Virus record (IMG/VR): IMGVR_UViG_3300038393_000133
Span: 1-36,035 of that record
DNA length: 36,035 nucleotides
Strand: one strand, 5' to 3'
Source of the DNA: a virus
Taxonomy: Duplodnaviria > Caudoviricetes
The notes beneath the pieces are model-generated. The model searched no databases. It was not told where the DNA came from and saw only the letters and a list, made by a program, of their open reading frames with translations. A program made the position numbers and the translations under genes. Below, one piece after another: positions 32,761-36,035 of the stretch (position 1 is its first letter; each line of letters opens with the position of its first letter).

Positions 32761-33206
32761 TATTTACTCCCCCATGCGTCCAAAACATCCCTCGCAGTCG
32801 GAAGCGGGATTCCAAGTGCGTCTGCCCTGCTTGCTGGCTGTTTTGCTCTGTTAATTAGATCATCCACCTGAGCTTGCGTACAGATTCCAGTTTGAACCCA
32901 CGCAGCTAGCATTCCTTGAATGTCAGCTTCTTCAATGTGAATTTGGTCGCCCGATGCAAAGACGTCTCGGATTACTAAGCAAGAAGCTCTACACGGATGT
33001 GATGTGTTATTGCTCGCGTCTACGATAGCTGCATACGGGCCTGAAGCGGCCCAAGCTTTCGCTGTGGTAGAGCGAAGCGGTCTTACAACCATCTCAGTTT
33101 GTAGACTTAGAAGTTCTACCACTTTCGTAGGATCGTCGGGGAGGAAGGCCGCATAGCCTTTTCCTGCCGGATCATTCACCAATTCGTCCGTCAAAATATT
33201 CAACAT
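32760..33206 (-). CDS. hypothetical protein, 148 aa
   Basis: RBS GGAGG; EL..DP.G.GYA N-terminus, SRA..LG C-terminus; collinear. Confidence 0.7.
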   Translation of the reverse strand: MLNILTDELVNDPAGKGYAAFLPDDPTKVVELLSLQTEMVVRPLRSTTAKAWAASGPYAAIVDASNNTSHPCRASCLVIRDVFASGDQIHIEEADIQGMLAAWVQTGICTQAQVDDLINRAKQPASRADALGIPLPTARDVLDAWGSK

Positions 33207-33226
33207 ATATGCGTCCTCCCACCTAA

Positions 33227-33670
33227 TTAATCTTCTGTTACCAGACCCGCAGCCGTAGTAATACGCGGTTGCACGCCAACGTTCATTACGATATTTGGTG
33301 ACAGCGTACCGCTGTACAGAAGCTTACCAGCACCGCTTGACGACGTTCCGACACCAAAATGGGTAAGGTTTCCGCCCGGAGCTGCTGTGCACTGTCCGAA
33401 GTCGCCGTTAGCCGTTAGGTTCACAGAGTTACCTGTCACAGTAAAGCCAGCAGACGAACGGGCGACAGCGATACGAGCATAGCCAGTGTATGCGGTCTCG
33501 TTGGTAGACTGCGTGCCGGTTTCGCCCGGATCGGCTGTGTGTAGCGACAAGTAAAGGCTTCCTACTGTGCCTGCTGGTAGGAGCCCGGTAGCGTCACCAA
33601 TAAGAGACGCACCAACGTTGTTAAAGACCAGCTTCAGGAGGTCGTTTTCCCATGTATCCGATTTGCTCAT
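33227..33670 (-). CDS. putative virion structural protein
   Basis: LYLSLHTADPGETG....NE..Y.GYAR..V...F....THFG pattern seen in phage minor structural proteins. Confidence 0.7.
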   Translation of the reverse strand: MSKSDTWENDLLKLVFNNVGASLIGDATGLLPAGTVGSLYLSLHTADPGETGTQSTNETAYTGYARIAVARSSAGFTVTGNSVNLTANGDFGQCTAAPGGNLTHFGVGTSSSGAGKLLYSGTLSPNIVMNVGVQPRITTAAGLVTED

Positions 33671-33688
33671 TTCTATTTCCTCTTGGTT

Positions 33689-33713
33689 AAATAATGCCCG
33701 GACAACCGGGCAT
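33689..33713 (-). terminator. possible weak terminator after the tailspike-like gene
   Basis: Minus strand: ATGCCCGG TTGT CCGGGCAT then TATTT. Confidence 0.5.
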
Positions 33714-33720
33714 GCAGTTA

Positions 33721-35637
33721 TTACAGGTACAATCCGCCTGTTCCGGTATCCGTGTATCCTGCTGCGTTACCCGGCATGATCGTATTAGCTGCTCCATACG
33801 ATTGAACCAAGCCTCCAGCATAAACGTAGAACTTGGTGCCAGTGCTGCCCGTAATCGTGAACGATGTATCGTTGATGAATAGGTTCGCTCTGTTGTACAC
33901 GTTCGTGAAGTTTGCGGAGAACGTGATGTTAGTAGCATCGATTGGTGCGCCCTTAACGACCGTCCCACCTGCAATCTCCCAGTGAGTTCTCGCGTTGCCG
34001 GTGATCTTGTAAGAAGCGCCGGTATCAATCTCGGCACCCGTACCAACCTTCATATGCGCCAAGTTACAAGTCCCAAATTGACAGCCCGCGTCCACGTACA
34101 CGAACGAACCTTGCCCGTACGTGTTAATGGCATTGCCGCTGCTTGATGCCAGAGTTAGTCCATTGATAGTCACGCGAGCGCCATTTTTCACCGTAAGCGC
34201 ATCCCCGACCGTGGAGAACTTAACGTTACCCGGCGTGGTGCTGTTACCTACGATGGACAAGGTTGCGGCACCAAGGCCAGTCGGTTGCCCGCTGATCGTG
34301 ATAGTTTCGGTCCATGTACCGTCTTGTACCTGAATCGTCACATTTTTACCTGCGCAGTCTAGCGTGCCGTAGATCACGTCTAACGCTTTCTGCACGGTCT
34401 GGAACGGATGAATGACGTTGTTGTAGTCCTTCATACCTGTATTGGCCGTATCACTACCGGTCGTACCATTCACGTAATAGGTGCGTGCCGAGCGCAGAAC
34501 TTCCCGAGGACTCGCAGCAACGCCGCCATCGAGCGTGCCGTAGCCGATAGGCGTAGCAACAAGCATCTTGTCCCTCCAGTTCAACGGCAGATTAATCTCA
34601 ATCGTATTAATCATCACAGGGAAGTAGCTGAGGTTCGAAGTGTAATTAGGACCAAACACAAAATCCGTCAGTGCTGACTGTGTACCAGCTCCTCCGGCAT
34701 CGATCCACGGAGTAATGAACGTTGTACCAGTGTATCCGCCATCAAGATAGAATCCACAACCTCCAGTAGTGCCCATTTGGTTGTAATATCCGCCGCACAT
34801 GTTGATCTGGCAGTTAAACATCAACCCTTGGAACCAGAAATTCTTACAGTTGTTGACTCGGCCTTCGAATGCAATTCGCTCGAAGAAATTGCCGAGGAAG
34901 CTGCCAATAATATTGGTTGATTTAGTCCACAGGCCAACAAGATTGTTAGAACCTCGCAGGTCTGCGATTTGTCCGTGTTCAACCCATGTTGATAGGTCGT
35001 TGCTAGTAATATTCAGTTGGCACGCTGTACCGCCTGTATAGTCGTTGATGACAATATCACGCAGGGCATAGGTAACACTATCGTTGAATCTAACCCCGCC
35101 AAGCGCCGTTGCGCCGCCGCCGTTATAGACGTTAGCACCGTCACCCTGAATAATCACCGGCTTGTTGCCCAGCTTTCCACCGCAGTTAGCGTGAAAGAAA
35201 TTCGTCTTGATGTCAAAGCACCATCCGGTGTGCGTCGGGTTGAAACTGTTTCCGCCCAACTCGACCAGAATTCCGCTGCCCATGTAGTAGGCCGTAGGGT
35301 CGATTACAATAGATGATCCAAACGAGTACCCGGCCATCATAAACGGGAAATACAACTTACCACCCTTGTTTGCATAAAGCGCTGCTAGGGCTGCGTTTAC
35401 CGCCGCAGTATCGTCCGTTGAACCGCCCTTAGCTCCATATGCTGTAACGTCAAACACGCCAAGCTGCTGAATAGCTGAACTTGAAAGGCCAGCAATAACA
35501 AGTCGGCCATTGGAATCGACAGGTAGCTCGCTGTTAAACAGGTAGCTTCTCACGTTGGATGTGCCAGTGCCAGCAATGGCGACAAGCTCTCCATTTTCAT
35601 TTAGCCCTACAGCGGGTGAAACTTTTAAACTTGTCAT
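33721..35637 (-). CDS. tailspike / polysaccharide depolymerase-like beta-helix protein, 638 aa
   Basis: Pectate-lyase-3-type entry motif FDVTAYGAKG..TDDTAAVNAA....GG.LYFP; a second module begins RTYYVNGTTGSD...PFQTVQKAL...VTIQV.DGT.TE. Confidence 0.78.
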   Translation of the reverse strand: MTSLKVSPAVGLNENGELVAIAGTGTSNVRSYLFNSELPVDSNGRLVIAGLSSSAIQQLGVFDVTAYGAKGGSTDDTAAVNAALAALYANKGGKLYFPFMMAGYSFGSSIVIDPTAYYMGSGILVELGGNSFNPTHTGWCFDIKTNFFHANCGGKLGNKPVIIQGDGANVYNGGGATALGGVRFNDSVTYALRDIVINDYTGGTACQLNITSNDLSTWVEHGQIADLRGSNNLVGLWTKSTNIIGSFLGNFFERIAFEGRVNNCKNFWFQGLMFNCQINMCGGYYNQMGTTGGCGFYLDGGYTGTTFITPWIDAGGAGTQSALTDFVFGPNYTSNLSYFPVMINTIEINLPLNWRDKMLVATPIGYGTLDGGVAASPREVLRSARTYYVNGTTGSDTANTGMKDYNNVIHPFQTVQKALDVIYGTLDCAGKNVTIQVQDGTWTETITISGQPTGLGAATLSIVGNSTTPGNVKFSTVGDALTVKNGARVTINGLTLASSSGNAINTYGQGSFVYVDAGCQFGTCNLAHMKVGTGAEIDTGASYKITGNARTHWEIAGGTVVKGAPIDATNITFSANFTNVYNRANLFINDTSFTITGSTGTKFYVYAGGLVQSYGAANTIMPGNAAGYTDTGTGGLYL

Positions 35638-35664
35638 AGGTGTTCCATGTAGTTATAGAAGTGC

Positions 35665-35697
35665 AAAAAGCCGCCCCAGCAACGAGGCGGGAGCGGC
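35665..35697 (-). terminator. intrinsic terminator ending the tRNA cluster
   Basis: Minus strand: GCCGCTCCCGC ctcgtt GCTGGGGCGGC TTTTT. Confidence 0.75.
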
Positions 35698-35704
35698 ATT
35701 AATT

Positions 35705-35781
35705 TGGCACACGCGGAATCGAATCGAACGTTCCTCAGTCCGGTTTGGAGCCGAACTCGCCGCCTTGGTACATGCGCGTGC
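35705..35781 (-). tRNA. tRNA-Trp (CCA), atypical
   Basis: Acceptor GCACGCG/CGCGTGT, discriminator G, encoded CCA; anticodon arm TTCGG CTCCAAA CCGGA; TTCGATT T-loop with a bulged T-stem; weak D-stem. Confidence 0.8.
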
Positions 35782-35794
35782 ATTGTGTTATACT
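35765..35794 (+). promoter_or_regulatory. extended -10 promoter, antisense to the tRNA cluster
   Basis: TTGGTA (35765-35770), 18 nt, TATACT (35789-35794) preceded by TGt; predicted +1 near G35801. Confidence 0.55.
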
Positions 35795-35800
35795 GTATCT

Positions 35801-35904
35801 GGAACTCGCTTCACGGGTTTGGCCCCGTAGGCACAAACTCATGCAATCAACTGGACTGCTTGAGCGCTGTTCGATCCTGTCACCGAGTCTTACGGTGGAG
35901 TTCC
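35801..35904 (+). ncRNA. putative structured non-coding RNA with tRNA-like multi-arm fold
   Basis: 7-bp closing stem GGAACTC/GAGTTCC enclosing hairpins ACGGG-TTTGGC-CCCGT, a long central arm and CACCG-AGTCTTA-CGGTG; bracketed by a promoter and a terminator on +. Confidence 0.55.
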
Positions 35905-35909
35905 CGGAG

Positions 35910-35938
35910 GGCTGCATTCGTGCAGCCTTTCGTCATTT
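35910..35938 (+). terminator. intrinsic terminator with UUCG loop
   Basis: GGCTGCA TTCG TGCAGCC followed by TTTCGTCATTT. Confidence 0.65.
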
Positions 35939-36012
35939 GGCACCCAGCCTTGGTAACGCTCCAAGCCACCTACTTTCAAAGAGTAGTATCTGCCCTTGTC
36001 GATTTGCCGGGA
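35938..36012 (-). tRNA. tRNA-Gln (TTG) with non-canonical T-loop
   Basis: TCCCGGC/GCTGGGT acceptor (U1.U72 mismatch), discriminator G, CCA; anticodon arm CTACT CTTTGAA AGTAG; T-arm CTTGG AGCGTTA CCAAG. Confidence 0.8.
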
Positions 36013-36020
36013 ATTGTTCT

Positions 36021-36035
36021 TGGTAGTCCTACTGT
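36021..36035 (-). tRNA. probable 3' end of a further tRNA cut by the window edge
   Basis: Minus strand reads ACAGTAGGACTA-CCA, ending 8 nt upstream of tRNA-Gln; identity cannot be determined. Confidence 0.45.

Noticed and set aside
35800-35937. Self-cleaving ribozyme (HDV-like/theta or hammerhead), tRNA-Sec, SRP RNA or c-di-GMP riboswitch as the identity of the structured element
   Set aside because: I could not find the hammerhead CUGANGA/GAAA core, an HDV nested pseudoknot at the tRNA 3' end, a UCA anticodon arm, the SRP loop motif or a full GEMM motif. A covariance-model search is still needed.
35745-36026. 93-aa plus-strand and 60-aa minus-strand ORFs over the tRNA region
   Set aside because: They overlap tRNAs and a terminator, lack RBSs and have no protein-like features.
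1-36035. Stop-codon reassignment (none of the gene ends I checked uses TAG)
   Set aside because: All core genes are intact under the standard code and no suppressor tRNA is seen; a TAA preference explains it.
1-36035. CRISPR array, integrase/att site, IS element or diversity-generating retroelement
   Set aside because: No regularly spaced repeats, recombinase, transposase, reverse transcriptase or TR/VR repeat pair was seen by eye.

Overview
Fragment of a tailed dsDNA phage genome with siphovirus-type organisation and a probable Gram-negative host. Bases 1-6749 (+) are an accessory/metabolic arm: a 5'-truncated PRPP-synthetase-like gene and a nicotinamide phosphoribosyltransferase-like gene (the gene pair of the phage NAD+ reconstitution pathway NARP1, Adps + Namat) with an unannotated 33-aa membrane peptide between them. 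They are followed by two HNH/AP2 homing endonucleases, a vWA protein, a macrodomain protein and small hypotheticals. Bases 6821-35637 (-) are a converging late region, read right to left: a tailspike-like gene and accessory virion cassette, terminase large subunit, two free-standing GIY-YIG-type endonucleases, portal, S49 protease, scaffold, decoration protein, major capsid, head-tail genes, major tail protein, tail chaperone with a -1 frameshift extension, a 1918-aa tape measure protein, tail tip/fibre genes and lysis genes (GH108 endolysin, holin). The right end is a minus-strand tRNA cluster (Trp-CCA, Gln-TTG and the 3' end of a third tRNA). The most notable unexplained signals are: (i) a ~130-nt structured, tRNA-shaped element with its own promoter and terminator lying antisense inside the tRNA cluster; (ii) a family of sigma70-type promoters sharing a CGTAGTG-TAC(A/C)AT motif, several embedded in inverted repeats that can hide ribosome-binding sites; (iii) an ADP-ribose/NAD-centred gene neighbourhood around the NARP1-like pair. 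All calls come from manual motif reading; no database searches were run.
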